Positions 19,805-29,242 of a stretch of DNA of 64,000 nucleotides are shown here, piece by piece. Where the stretch lies: contig JAFGPA010000024.1 of assembly GCA_016926175.1 (NCBI GenBank), positions 279-64,278 on the forward strand, written 5' to 3'. A model generated the notes under the pieces. It ran no database searches. It was not told where the DNA came from and worked only from the letters and a program-made list of their open reading frames with translations. Each line of letters opens with the position of its first letter. The stretch's first letter is position 1. The stretch comes from Candidatus Micrarchaeota archaeon. Lineage in GTDB: Archaea > Micrarchaeota > Micrarchaeia > Anstonellales > Bilamarchaeaceae. Position numbers and translations under genes: made by a program.

Positions 19805-20719
19805 CTGTTTTGCATATTTTTCTGCAAGCAGAATATATTTGCCAATCATTTTTCTAGGCTCATGTCCGGGGTGCTGGGAGTAGTCTATGGCTGCTACCTT
19901 TGCCCTGACATTTGCCCTATAGCATTTGTAGAGGTTCAGCAATGGCCTCAGCTCCAGGTCTCCTGTCTTATTTACATATTCTTCAACAAATGCCCTTGAC
20001 AAATCCTCCCTTCCAAAAGCATCCAGGTCCATTGCCATGAATGCGATTTCAGATGCCACATCTACGCATCTGAATTGGCGGCTGAATTCTATTCCGTCAA
20101 TTATCCGAATACCATTGACGATGAAAATATTTCCTGAATGCAGGTCGCCATGGCAGTCTTTTACCTTGCCTTCCATTGCCCTTCTGACCATGAGTTCCCT
20201 GTTTTTTTCAATGAATATCCGGCATTTTTCAAGAACAGGATCCACTTTTTCCCCCAGGCCTGATGCACTCTCAATCGTTTTTTTGTAATTTTCCAGGTCC
20301 TTTATCTGGTTCCAGACAATTTCAGGAGTATACCCTCCGGCAGATTCTATTTTTCCATGAAACCCGGCAACAATTTCAGCTATCTTTCTTACATGCCTTT
20401 CGGTTATCTTTCCTTCCGAGAGCATATTGTCCATCTTTTTTTTATTGTCAAGCCTCTTCATTTTCACTGCATATTCAACAGGTTTCCCTTCTTTTTCCAG
20501 TCCCTGTTCTGTTATTGAAACGACGCCCAGGTATATGTCAGGAGATAATCTTCGGTTCAGCCTTACTTCCTCCTCGCAGAAAAATTTCCTCTTTTTTAAA
20601 GTTGAAAAATCAAGAAAAGTAAGCCTGACTGGTTTTTTGATCTTATAGGCGTATTCCCCGAGCAGAATCCAGGATATGTGCGTTTCAATAACTTCCATCC
20701 CGAATTTCTCAATGTCCAT
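19799..20719 (-). CDS. Aminoglycoside-phosphotransferase (APH)/choline-kinase-fold small-molecule kinase
   Basis: ETHISWILL N-terminal motif and catalytic loop CHGDLHSGNIFIV (HGDxHxGN Brenner motif); 306 aa. Confidence 0.65.
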   Translation of the reverse strand: MDIEKFGMEVIETHISWILLGEYAYKIKKPVRLTFLDFSTLKKRKFFCEEEVRLNRRLSPDIYLGVVSITEQGLEKEGKPVEYAVKMKRLDNKKKMDNMLSEGKITERHVRKIAEIVAGFHGKIESAGGYTPEIVWNQIKDLENYKKTIESASGLGEKVDPVLEKCRIFIEKNRELMVRRAMEGKVKDCHGDLHSGNIFIVNGIRIIDGIEFSRQFRCVDVASEIAFMAMDLDAFGREDLSRAFVEEYVNKTGDLELRPLLNLYKCYRANVRAKVAAIDYSQHPGHEPRKMIGKYILLAEKYAKQL

Positions 20720-21215
20720 GCTTCACACCAATATACCCGAGCACTATTTCAACCTGTTTTGATTTCGGAAGAGAGCAGTCGAGTTCAAGGTATTCGCCCT
20801 CGACAGGCTCAAATCTTTTTTTGAGTTCCAGATAAATCCCATAATCGGCATCGCTTATTCCCTTCTTTCTTCTTTCTCTTCCCATAAGTCTTTCCTTAAC
20901 TAATTTTTCCGGAAGACTGCAGAGAATGACATAATGATCTTTTGATATGTTTTTCATAACCATCCTGAGTTTTTTGCTGTAGAATGTGGCATCCAGGATA
21001 ACGTTCTTCCGCTCATTGATGTTTTTCTCTGCAAGGTTTATCATCTCATCATAAACCCTTTTTTTCTCCTCTTCGCTGTAATCAGGTTTCTTTGTGATTT
21101 GTTTTCTTATTATGTCTGTGTTCAGATATACTGCGCCTATTTTTTCCCTGAGTTTTCTTGAGAGGGAGCTTTTGCCGGTGCCGGGCAAACCGCAAATAAT
21201 TATAAGCATAAGCAA
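20709..21215 (-). CDS. P-loop kinase (AAA_33 / zeta-toxin / polynucleotide-kinase-like fold)
   Basis: Walker A IIICGLPGTGKSSLSRKL at the N-terminus; 168 aa; 11-nt overlap with downstream APH-like kinase. Confidence 0.6.
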   Translation of the reverse strand: MLMLIIICGLPGTGKSSLSRKLREKIGAVYLNTDIIRKQITKKPDYSEEEKKRVYDEMINLAEKNINERKNVILDATFYSKKLRMVMKNISKDHYVILCSLPEKLVKERLMGRERRKKGISDADYGIYLELKKRFEPVEGEYLELDCSLPKSKQVEIVLGYIGVKHGH

Positions 21216-21249
21216 TAATAGCTAATGTAAATTTATATAGGCGAGTTTT

Positions 21250-22458
21250 ATGGATTATGACGTTATAGTAGTAGGCGGGGGACCGTCTGGTTCAAGCTGT
21301 ACCGCATTCCTTTCAAAAGCAGGAAAAAAAGTGCTTCTGCTTGATCGCGCCAGATTTCCAAGGGAAAAAATCTGCGGAGACGGCATCAGCGGCAGGTCAG
21401 TGAGCTTACTGAAAGAACTCGGCATTTTCCAGAACTTCAAGGATGCGGAGCATACTGACATGTATGGCGTTACATTTTCCTCTCCAGACGGAACCGTAGT
21501 TCCAGTCGGGGCAAAGGACAAAGGCGATGCTCCGGGCTTTGTATGCCGGAGAATTGTTTTTGACAACATCCTTTTCCAGAACGCAAAAAAACTTGCGGCA
21601 AAAACAATCGAAGAATTCATTGTAACCGATCTGATAACTGAAGGTGGCAAAGTCGTTGGCGTGAAAGGGAACCACAAAGGCAAAGAAAAGGCATTCCGGG
21701 CAAAATTGGTTGTAGGCGCCGATGGCGCTGCAGGCGTGACCGCAAGAAAGCTTGGAGCAGCAAATGCCGATGGCGACCATCAATATGCCGGACTCAGGGC
21801 ATACTATGAAAATGTTGACGGAATGGGAAAAACAATAGAACTTCATTTTGTAAAAGAAACCATTCCCGGATATTTCTGGATTTTTCCCCTGCCGGGCAAA
21901 AGGGCAAATGTTGGGATAGCAATTACTGTGACCGAAATGAAGAATAAAAAAATCAACCTTGTCAAAGCGATGGAAGAAATTATCAACGCCAATCCGGTTT
22001 TCAGGCCGAGATTCAATAACGCCAAAAGAACCACCAGCCTAAAAAGCTGGATTCTTCCACTTGCAACAAAAAAAGTGAAATCCTATGGCAATGGATATGT
22101 GCTCATAGGTGATGCAGCATCCCTCATTGATCCATTTACCGGAGAAGGCATCGGAAATGCGCTGACAAGCGGAAAGGTTTCAGCCCAGGTAATTGCAGAA
22201 GCATTAAATGAAAATGATTTTTCTGAAGCAAAACTTTCACAATACCGGAAAAGGCTTTTTGATATCATTGCCGGTGAAGTTTCAGCCAATGCCAGGCTGC
22301 AGATGCTTGGCAAGCACGAATTCCTTCTAAACATCGTAATTGGAAAAGCAAAAAGAAGCGATGAAATCAAGGCAGTAATATCAGATGCAATACTTGATCC
22401 AAAAGACCACGGCAGGCTATCCGATCCCGTTTTCCTGCTGAAAGCGCTTTTTGCATGA
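21250..22458 (+). CDS. Geranylgeranyl reductase (digeranylgeranylglycerophospholipid reductase family)
   Basis: FAD-binding DVIVVGGGPSGSSCTAF...LLLDRARFPREKICGDGIS typical of archaeal GGR. Confidence 0.85.
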   Translation: MDYDVIVVGGGPSGSSCTAFLSKAGKKVLLLDRARFPREKICGDGISGRSVSLLKELGIFQNFKDAEHTDMYGVTFSSPDGTVVPVGAKDKGDAPGFVCRRIVFDNILFQNAKKLAAKTIEEFIVTDLITEGGKVVGVKGNHKGKEKAFRAKLVVGADGAAGVTARKLGAANADGDHQYAGLRAYYENVDGMGKTIELHFVKETIPGYFWIFPLPGKRANVGIAITVTEMKNKKINLVKAMEEIINANPVFRPRFNNAKRTTSLKSWILPLATKKVKSYGNGYVLIGDAASLIDPFTGEGIGNALTSGKVSAQVIAEALNENDFSEAKLSQYRKRLFDIIAGEVSANARLQMLGKHEFLLNIVIGKAKRSDEIKAVISDAILDPKDHGRLSDPVFLLKALFA

Positions 22459-23845
22459 TTCTGGTATTCCTTTTTATTTGTTGTTTTACCCTATTTCTTC
22501 CATGAAAAAATTTGACATTATAATCATAGGCTCAGGAGCAGGTTCAAAGGTAATGAGGGCCGCCCTGGCCCAGGGATATGACATTGGATACGTTGAAGAA
22601 GGCCCGATGGGGGGAACCTGCCTTAACAAGGGCTGCATTCCCACAAAAATTCTCATACATTCTGCAGATGTTATCCAGACAATAAGAAAAGCGCCTGTTT
22701 TCGGGATCAGTGCAAAAATCGAGTCCATTGATTTTCTCAAGGCAATGAAACGGTCATGGAAAGTTGACAATGATTCAAAGAAAATTGAGGATGCCGTAGC
22801 TGGCCTGGATGACGTGACACTCTACCGCACGGCGGCAAAATTTACGGCGCCGAAGACAATTAAAGCAGGGGATGAGGAAATCACTGCAGACAAGATTGTG
22901 ATTGCCGCAGGAACAAGGCCTGCAATTCCTCCTGTCAAAGGCCTGGATTCAGTGCCGTACATGACGAGCGACGGGGCGCTGAGGCTTGAAGAGCTGCCCC
23001 CGGAACTGATAATCCTGGGAGGAGGCTACATAGCAGTGGAGCTTGCCCACTTTTTCGGATCAATGGGATCGAAAATAAAAATACTTCAGAGAAATGTAAG
23101 GCTGATTCCAAATGAGGATCGCGAGGTCGGGGAAAAATTCACCGAACTGTTCTCAAAACAATATGAAGTGCATTTGAACTTCGATACTGTCCGGGCTGAA
23201 AAGAGCGGCGGCCGGATTGTCGTTCACAGCAGGGACGGCAGATTTGTGGAAGGAACCCATCTTCTTGTTGCTACCGGCCGGGTTCCCAACACAGATACGC
23301 TTGAAGTTGAAAAAGCCGGAGTCAGGCTCAGCAAAAAAGGATATGTTGAAACAAATGAATATATGGAAACAAGCGTTGAGGGAATCTGGGCGCTCGGCGA
23401 TATAGCAGGCGAATATCTGTTCCGTCATTCAGCCAACTATGAAGCTGATATAGTTTCCTACAACATCTTCCATCCTGACAGAAAGATCAAAAGGGATTAC
23501 ACTGCAATGCCGCATGCAATATTCAGCTATCCACAGATTGCAGGTGTTGGCCTGACTGAGCAGGACCTGGAGGGCAAAGAATACAAAGCCGGCAAACTGC
23601 CCTACATAAAAAGTGCAATGGGAGAAGCTCTTGAAGAACATGACGGCTTTGTTAAATTCCTGGCTGCCCCTGACAACACCATACTTGGCTGTCACATAAT
23701 GGGCCCCGAAGCATCAACAGTCATACATGAGGTGCTTGTTGCAATGAGAACCGGAAACGGAAAGCTTGATGCAATAACCGATACAATCCACATCCATCCT
23801 GCCCTGTCTGAAATTATTGACCGTGCCGCCAGAACCGTGCGTTGA
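22451..23845 (+). CDS. Class I pyridine-nucleotide-disulfide oxidoreductase (dihydrolipoamide-dehydrogenase-like flavoprotein); start probably Met 22504
   Basis: FDIIIIGSGAGS FAD fold, redox-active disulfide GGTCLNKGCIPTK, C-terminal HIHPALSE dimerisation motif; no HMA domain and no C-terminal Cys pair, so not MerA. Confidence 0.8.
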   Translation: MHDSGIPFYLLFYPISSMKKFDIIIIGSGAGSKVMRAALAQGYDIGYVEEGPMGGTCLNKGCIPTKILIHSADVIQTIRKAPVFGISAKIESIDFLKAMKRSWKVDNDSKKIEDAVAGLDDVTLYRTAAKFTAPKTIKAGDEEITADKIVIAAGTRPAIPPVKGLDSVPYMTSDGALRLEELPPELIILGGGYIAVELAHFFGSMGSKIKILQRNVRLIPNEDREVGEKFTELFSKQYEVHLNFDTVRAEKSGGRIVVHSRDGRFVEGTHLLVATGRVPNTDTLEVEKAGVRLSKKGYVETNEYMETSVEGIWALGDIAGEYLFRHSANYEADIVSYNIFHPDRKIKRDYTAMPHAIFSYPQIAGVGLTEQDLEGKEYKAGKLPYIKSAMGEALEEHDGFVKFLAAPDNTILGCHIMGPEASTVIHEVLVAMRTGNGKLDAITDTIHIHPALSEIIDRAARTVR

Positions 23846-23947
23846 TTGCAGACAATTCAGCACGAGGGAGATTCCCATACATTCTTTTCACCATTGCCGG
23901 TCACCCAAATACCAGCAATATCAATATTCCCAAAGCTAAAATCCCCA

Positions 23948-26101
23948 TTATTCCACTTTTCTCAGCAGTATCGAATTAGTTACAACAGAAACCGAGCTGA
24001 GAGCCATGGCTCCGCCTGCGATCATGGGATCAAGCAGTATTCCGTATTCCGGGTAAAGAATCCCTGCGGCAATCGGAATTCCAATCACATTGTAGATCAA
24101 TGCCCAGAACAGATTCTGTTTTATCTTTCCCAGAGTATTCCTTGAGAGTATTATGGCCCTTCTCACATCTTTCAGGGTATTCCTCATCAAAATAATGTCC
24201 CCTGTTTCAATTGCAATGTCAGTGCCAGAGCCCATTGCAATCCCAAGGTCGCTCTTTGCAAGGGCAGGCGCATCGTTTATCCCGTCTCCCACCATAGCTA
24301 TCCTTCCGTCTTTTTTCAATGTTTCAATCAATCCTGCTTTCTCTGCAGGAGAAACATTGGCAAAGTAGCTGTCAACTCCGGTATCCTTTGCAATGGCAGC
24401 CGCAACCCTCTCATTGTCTCCGGTTATGATATACGTTTTCAGCCCAAGCTCCTTTATCTCTTTTATTGCTTCTTTGGAATCCTTTCTTATTTTATCCTTT
24501 ATGGCAATCATTCCGAGGATTTTTCCGTCTGAAAGGAATACAACTGTATTTCCCTGCTCCTCAAGTATTGCTGCCTGCTCTTCAATTTCTTTGCCTGCTT
24601 TAATTTTTCCAAGAAAATAATTCTTCTTTCCTATTTTCCCCTGTATTCCCTTTCCGGCAACTGCTTGAAAATTCCCTACTTTTTTTGCCCCTATCTTTTT
24701 TTCTCGAGCCATGGCAGCAAAAGCATCTGCAAGGGGGTGCTCTGAATTCTTTTCAAGGCTGTAGGCAATGGCAAGCACATCCTCCTCTTTCATGCCAAAT
24801 CCCACGATCTTTGATATCTCAGGGTTGCCTAAGGTTATTGTTCCTGTTTTGTCAAAGGCAATGGCTTTTATCTTCTCTACTTTCTCAAGTACTGCTCCGT
24901 TCCTTATCAGGATTCCCATGCCTGCTCCCCTTCCAGTACCAACAAGTATTGCCGTTGGCGTCGCCAGTCCAAGTGCACAGGGGCATGCTATTACCAGAAC
25001 AGAAACTGCAAGTATGAGAGAAAATGAGAATGCCGCTCCCAGCAACAAATACCATGCTGCAAATGTAAATGCTGCAATGATTATCACAACTGGCACGAAA
25101 ATTGACGATATCATGTCAGCATATTTTTGTATGGGTGCCTTCTGCGCCTGTGCTTCCTCCACAAGCTGGATTATCTGCGATAATGTTGTATCTGCTCCGA
25201 CCTTTGTTGCCCTGAATATCAAAACTCCGTTCTTGTTTATTGTTCCGCCCACCATATTGCTTGATTTTGATTTTTCAACTGGTATGGGCTCTCCTGTTAT
25301 CATTGATTCATCAACTGAAGAATGGCCATCAACAACAATGCCGTCTACAGGTATTCTTTCGCCCGGTTTAACCATTATGAGATTTCCTAACTTCACATCC
25401 TCTGCATCCACCATCATCTCTTTTCCATCCTCGATAATTCTTGCCTGCTTTGGTGAAAGATCCAGCAATTTTCGAATGGCTTCGCCTGCCTTTCCCTTTG
25501 CCCTCACCTCAAGATATTTTCCGAATACTACCAATGAAATCAGGACTGCAGACGTTTCGAAAAATGTATCCATCCCGTATGTTAAAACAAGGTAAACAGA
25601 ATAGAAATATGCAGCGCTCGTTCCCATTGCAATCAAAGTATCCATGTTTGCAGATCCGTTCTTCAGTGCATTCCATGTTCCCCGGTAAAATTGCAGTCCA
25701 ACATAGAACTGCACCGGCGTTGCAAGCAGCCACAATACATATGGCTTGTATGGTATCTCAATCATGAACATGGCAAGCACAAAAACCGGAATTGCAAAAG
25801 CAAAGCTGATTAAAGTCATTTTCTTGGCGTATCGCAATTCCTCCTCCCTTGCTTTTTTCTCGCCATCCTTCCCTTTTTTTATCTCAGCTGCACTGTAGCC
25901 TATTTCGGATATTTTTTTGATTATGTCAGTTACTCCAATGTTTTTTTCATTATAATCAACGGTTGCAGTATTTGTACTGAAATTTACCACTGCATCATTG
26001 ATTTCCCGGTTTTTTTTCAGGGCATTTTCAATGTTCAATGCGCAGTTGACGCAGTGCATTCCGCTTATGGATATCTTCTTTTTCATCATGATCCCCCGCA
26101 T
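23948..26101 (-). CDS. copA: Copper-translocating P1B-type ATPase (CopA-like)
   Basis: N-terminal [12 protein letters not shown]; [12 protein letters not shown]; DKTGTIT phosphorylation site; GDGINDAP hinge. Confidence 0.92.
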   Translation of the reverse strand: MRGIMMKKKISISGMHCVNCALNIENALKKNREINDAVVNFSTNTATVDYNEKNIGVTDIIKKISEIGYSAAEIKKGKDGEKKAREEELRYAKKMTLISFAFAIPVFVLAMFMIEIPYKPYVLWLLATPVQFYVGLQFYRGTWNALKNGSANMDTLIAMGTSAAYFYSVYLVLTYGMDTFFETSAVLISLVVFGKYLEVRAKGKAGEAIRKLLDLSPKQARIIEDGKEMMVDAEDVKLGNLIMVKPGERIPVDGIVVDGHSSVDESMITGEPIPVEKSKSSNMVGGTINKNGVLIFRATKVGADTTLSQIIQLVEEAQAQKAPIQKYADMISSIFVPVVIIIAAFTFAAWYLLLGAAFSFSLILAVSVLVIACPCALGLATPTAILVGTGRGAGMGILIRNGAVLEKVEKIKAIAFDKTGTITLGNPEISKIVGFGMKEEDVLAIAYSLEKNSEHPLADAFAAMAREKKIGAKKVGNFQAVAGKGIQGKIGKKNYFLGKIKAGKEIEEQAAILEEQGNTVVFLSDGKILGMIAIKDKIRKDSKEAIKEIKELGLKTYIITGDNERVAAAIAKDTGVDSYFANVSPAEKAGLIETLKKDGRIAMVGDGINDAPALAKSDLGIAMGSGTDIAIETGDIILMRNTLKDVRRAIILSRNTLGKIKQNLFWALIYNVIGIPIAAGILYPEYGILLDPMIAGGAMALSSVSVVTNSILLRKVE

Positions 26102-27438
26102 CCGCAGCCACCTGCCCCGGCAGGCAGCTCCGGAATATCTTCGTCAGAGACATTAATCCCGTCAATTATTATAAACTGTCCCTGTATCATTCCCATCCAG
26201 CAGCTCCATCTTACAGTTCCTGTCTTTTCAGGGGTAAACTCCACTATCTGCAACCCTTTTTTGACCGGAATCTCCAGTCCGTATTCTCTTACTATTATCT
26301 CATTGTTGCATCCATTGATCTCATGCCCGTATATCTCCCATCGTACCGGAATCCCTTTTTTCAGCACAAAGCTGTTGGGCTGCCAGCCATATCCGGTAAC
26401 ATTCATCTTTATCACCTGAAAATTTTCCTCAGTAATATTTATGGCTTGTGTCTGACCGGCCTGTTCAGGAACGAATAACCCTGCTCCAAGAAGATTCAGT
26501 CCGTTGTTGGCCATTGCAAGCCCGAGTAGTATTACAAAAATGCCAGATACCCTGACCACGTTGCGTGAAAATACAGAACTGAGGAAATTTGACGCTATTC
26601 CAAACATAAGTAAAGGTACCGATGTTCCCAGTCCAAAGAAGAAAAGTGCCTGAGCTCCTGCAACTGCACTGCCGGTGCCCGCTGCAAAAATATAAAGCGC
26701 CTGCAAAGGTCCGCATGCTATCATCAGGCCATTGAACAATCCTGTAACAAATGGCCCCCGTCCCGGAACTGGCCTTATGAATGCAGGCATCCTGAGCTGC
26801 AGTTTTCTCAGTAGCGGGAAGATGTTGAGCATGTTAAGCCCATAAACAAGCAGGAAAATACCTGCCGCAATTGCTACCGTTCCCCTCAATTCAGGTGTAA
26901 AGGCTATAAAAGATCCTACAAGGCCAAAAAGGGCTCCAATTGCCGTGTAGGAAATAGTCTTTCCGGAACAATAAATCAAGTGCGGTGCCAGGTCTCCCGC
27001 TTTTTTAATATGCTTTGCATAGGACAGAACAAATCCCCCGCACATGCCTATGCAGTGAAAGCCCGTAAGAAAACCAAGTATTAAAAGCGCAGCAAATCCG
27101 GTTTCCATGCTTATACCGGCAAAATTCAGGTCTACTGATTTCGCAAGAATGAAATAAATGCCTGTAATTATAGCAAAAACGCCTATTGATATTGCAATTG
27201 TGCCGAATCCAGGGGTATCTCCGCTTCCATATCCAAGCTCGCTTATCCTTTTGCGTATTGCTTTTTCATCCACCATCATTTCATCAAATTCAACCGTTGT
27301 TGTTTCAGCGGCATAGTCTGATTTTACCTTTTCTACGCCATCCATTTTGCCCAGCGATGCTTCTATTTTTTCCCCGCAGGAACGGCATTCCATGCCAGTG
27401 ATTTTCAGCGCAACAGTTCTCATTATCCTTGTATTCAT
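26086..27438 (-). CDS. Fusion protein: N-terminal HMA metal-binding domain + polytopic permease-like membrane domain (TauE/DsbD_2-like, intramembrane HCIGMCGG) + C-terminal cupredoxin-like domain
   Basis: [15 protein letters not shown] motif; ~8 TM helices with CxxxC in a helix; C-terminal beta-rich domain with [16 protein letters not shown] (Cys/Met/His cluster); 16-nt overlap with copA. Confidence 0.65.
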   Translation of the reverse strand: MNTRIMRTVALKITGMECRSCGEKIEASLGKMDGVEKVKSDYAAETTTVEFDEMMVDEKAIRKRISELGYGSGDTPGFGTIAISIGVFAIITGIYFILAKSVDLNFAGISMETGFAALLILGFLTGFHCIGMCGGFVLSYAKHIKKAGDLAPHLIYCSGKTISYTAIGALFGLVGSFIAFTPELRGTVAIAAGIFLLVYGLNMLNIFPLLRKLQLRMPAFIRPVPGRGPFVTGLFNGLMIACGPLQALYIFAAGTGSAVAGAQALFFFGLGTSVPLLMFGIASNFLSSVFSRNVVRVSGIFVILLGLAMANNGLNLLGAGLFVPEQAGQTQAINITEENFQVIKMNVTGYGWQPNSFVLKKGIPVRWEIYGHEINGCNNEIIVREYGLEIPVKKGLQIVEFTPEKTGTVRWSCWMGMIQGQFIIIDGINVSDEDIPELPAGAGGCGCGGS

Positions 27439-27632
27439 TTCATCACCGTTGCTGAAAATCCCAGGTTTTCTATTGTTTCTGGGATGAGGTCACTACCCTT
27501 CTCTTTGAATACGACCTGCATCATTTTATCTTCCAGAGAAACATGCACGCTCCCAATGCATTCCAATTCTGCCAATTCCCGTTCTATAATTGATTTGCAG
27601 TTCATTTCTTCTATTTTGATTTCCATAACCAT
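27435..27632 (-). CDS. Small HMA-fold (CopZ-like) protein with degenerate metal-binding motif
   Basis: 65 aa, beta-alpha-beta-beta-alpha-beta-type pattern; MNCKSI replaces canonical MxCxxC (second Cys missing); overlaps downstream gene by 4 nt. Confidence 0.45.
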   Translation of the reverse strand: MVMEIKIEEMNCKSIIERELAELECIGSVHVSLEDKMMQVVFKEKGSDLIPETIENLGFSATVMK

Positions 27633-27669
27633 TTACCAAAAGTTTCACCACTGAAACCATACTTATTAA

Positions 27670-28227
27670 TTGCTGAAACCACGGTTTCATTTTTTGAAAC
27701 TCTGGCATTTATTTAAAATTTCTATTCATCTATATTCTGGTATGGCAGACAACAAAAGGCCATTTCTGGGCCTTGTGATAATTGCAATATTCGTATTGAT
27801 CGTAATCTATGTTCCTCATTTTTTTGAAGCAGGAGTGCCTTTGATGTGTATTGAAGACGGTAACTGCCAGCACGAGGCCTATCTTGAGAGCATAATATCC
27901 TATATCCCCGGAATAATAGTCTTTGGTTTTCTGCTCGGAGTTGTTGTTTCCTACTTGTATTTTGAGAGAAAAATAGATGTTCCACAAACAGACAAAACCC
28001 GGGTAATACTCTCCCTTCTTCCGCCAACTGAAAGAAAAATTCTGACAAAAATCATTGAAAATGGAGGGAAGGCTCTTCAGTCTGAAGTTTCAAGAATTGA
28101 AGGCGTCGGAAAGGTAAAGGCCCACCGGGCAGTGGAAAAGCTCGTCAAAAGAGGCGTTCTGGAAAAGGAACAGCTTGGCAAGACAAATGTCCTGCATCTT
28201 AGAAAAGACCTTAAAGAAGTAGTCTGA
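27670..28227 (+). CDS. Membrane-anchored winged-helix transcriptional regulator (2 TM + C-terminal wHTH), divergent from the copper operon
   Basis: Two hydrophobic helices flank a loop CIEDGNCQHEAY; C-terminal TERKILTKIIENGGKALQSEVSRIEGVGKVKAHRAVEKLVKRGVLEK winged HTH. Confidence 0.55.
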   Translation: MLKPRFHFLKLWHLFKISIHLYSGMADNKRPFLGLVIIAIFVLIVIYVPHFFEAGVPLMCIEDGNCQHEAYLESIISYIPGIIVFGFLLGVVVSYLYFERKIDVPQTDKTRVILSLLPPTERKILTKIIENGGKALQSEVSRIEGVGKVKAHRAVEKLVKRGVLEKEQLGKTNVLHLRKDLKEVV

Positions 28228-28228
28228 A

Positions 28229-28328
28229 TCCCGCCTGCCTGATTTGAACAAGCAACCTTCCCGTTTCTACTGGATTTCCAGCTAATCAAAAACTACAGCG
28301 GGACGCTCTACCGTTGAGCTAAGGCGGG
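28229..28328 (-). tRNA. tRNA-Tyr (anticodon GUA) with ~28-nt intron after position 37
   Basis: Reverse complement CCCGCCTTAGCTCAACGGTAGAGCGTCCCGCTGTAG[intron TTTTTGATTAGCTGGAAATCCAGTAGAA]ACGGGAAGGTTGCTTGTTCAAATCAGGCAGGCGGGA; C1:G72 pair typical of archaeal tRNA-Tyr; intron in the canonical position with a helix (CTGG/CCAG) consistent with bulge-helix-bulge. Confidence 0.85.
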
Positions 28329-28361
28329 GTAGAATTTATTACAAGGGTACCTATTTTTAAT

Positions 28362-29147
28362 TTATCTCTTGAGATGTCTTTTTGCAGGGGGCCTGCTGCT
28401 TCTTTTTGCAAATTGCCTGTATCTGTCTTTCATATCACTACCGGTTATCTCTCCTACAACTATCATCAGACTTCCAAATGATTCTATTTCATAGTCTGCT
28501 TTTGTAAGCCTGCTTTCATCGTATTTTTTGTATTCCCTGATCTGATTGTAGCCATATCTTGCAAGGCATGTTATCATTCCGACATCCCGGGCTCCTCTTA
28601 CATCCCTTTCAGGGTCATCCCCGGTATGAAGGCATTCGGATGGCTTCAATCCCATCTTTTCCAGGGCCAGCCGGAACGGTTCTGGTTCAGGCTTGAATTT
28701 TCCGGTGTCAGTATGGGTAACCATCACCTCAAACTCATTCTCCAGGCCTGCCAGTACTATTCTTTTCCATGCCTTGTTCCGCGGACCGTCAGTTACCAGT
28801 CCGATGCGTATGCCCATTTTCCTTAATTCCTTCAGTCCGGGCTTTACTTCAGGGTATGTCTGCAGGACGCTCGCCATGACGCTCTGATGCGCAACTATGG
28901 CAGCCTGCTGGATTCTTTCTGCACGGTTCAGGTCCCTTATGTCAAATGCCCTCACAACATCGGCATATGTCTTTTCATATTCCATGCCATAGGCATCATA
29001 AATGCCGAATATCTTCTCATAGATTATGCTTTCCTCAAAAGGAAGCCCGTTCCTTACCATTGCCTGCGAAGCTGCAATGGCCGTTCCTTCCTTGTATCTC
29101 ATGTAGTCAATCAGAGTATTGTCTAAATCAAACAGAGCTGCCTTCAT
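28362..29147 (-). CDS. HAD-superfamily hydrolase
   Basis: N-terminal motif I ALFDLDNTLID; HAD motifs downstream (LVTDG, GDDPERD). Confidence 0.75.
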   Translation of the reverse strand: MKAALFDLDNTLIDYMRYKEGTAIAASQAMVRNGLPFEESIIYEKIFGIYDAYGMEYEKTYADVVRAFDIRDLNRAERIQQAAIVAHQSVMASVLQTYPEVKPGLKELRKMGIRIGLVTDGPRNKAWKRIVLAGLENEFEVMVTHTDTGKFKPEPEPFRLALEKMGLKPSECLHTGDDPERDVRGARDVGMITCLARYGYNQIREYKKYDESRLTKADYEIESFGSLMIVVGEITGSDMKDRYRQFAKRSSRPPAKRHLKR

Positions 29148-29242
29148 TGTTCCACCCTTCTATTGATTATCAGTCGAAAAGAACAAAAATACTGCGGAAA
29201 TGAACCGTCTCTTTTATTATAAATAACAACCCCTTTTTCTTT

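Noticed and set aside
22451-23845. Possible mercuric reductase (MerA) given the neighbouring heavy-metal genes
   Set aside because: It has no N-terminal HMA domain and no C-terminal Cys-Cys pair. The motif GGTCLNKGCIPTK and the C-terminal HIHPALSE fit a generic Lpd/GR-type flavoprotein better.
23846-24145. 99-aa + strand ORF downstream of the Lpd-like gene
   Set aside because: It overlaps the 3' end of copA on the opposite strand and has no motifs. It is probably spurious.
23846-28328. Calling the copper cluster a mobile genomic island
   Set aside because: It adjoins a tRNA 3' end, but no integrase, transposase or duplicated tRNA 3' fragment was found at the far boundary. It is reported only as a hypothesis in the findings.
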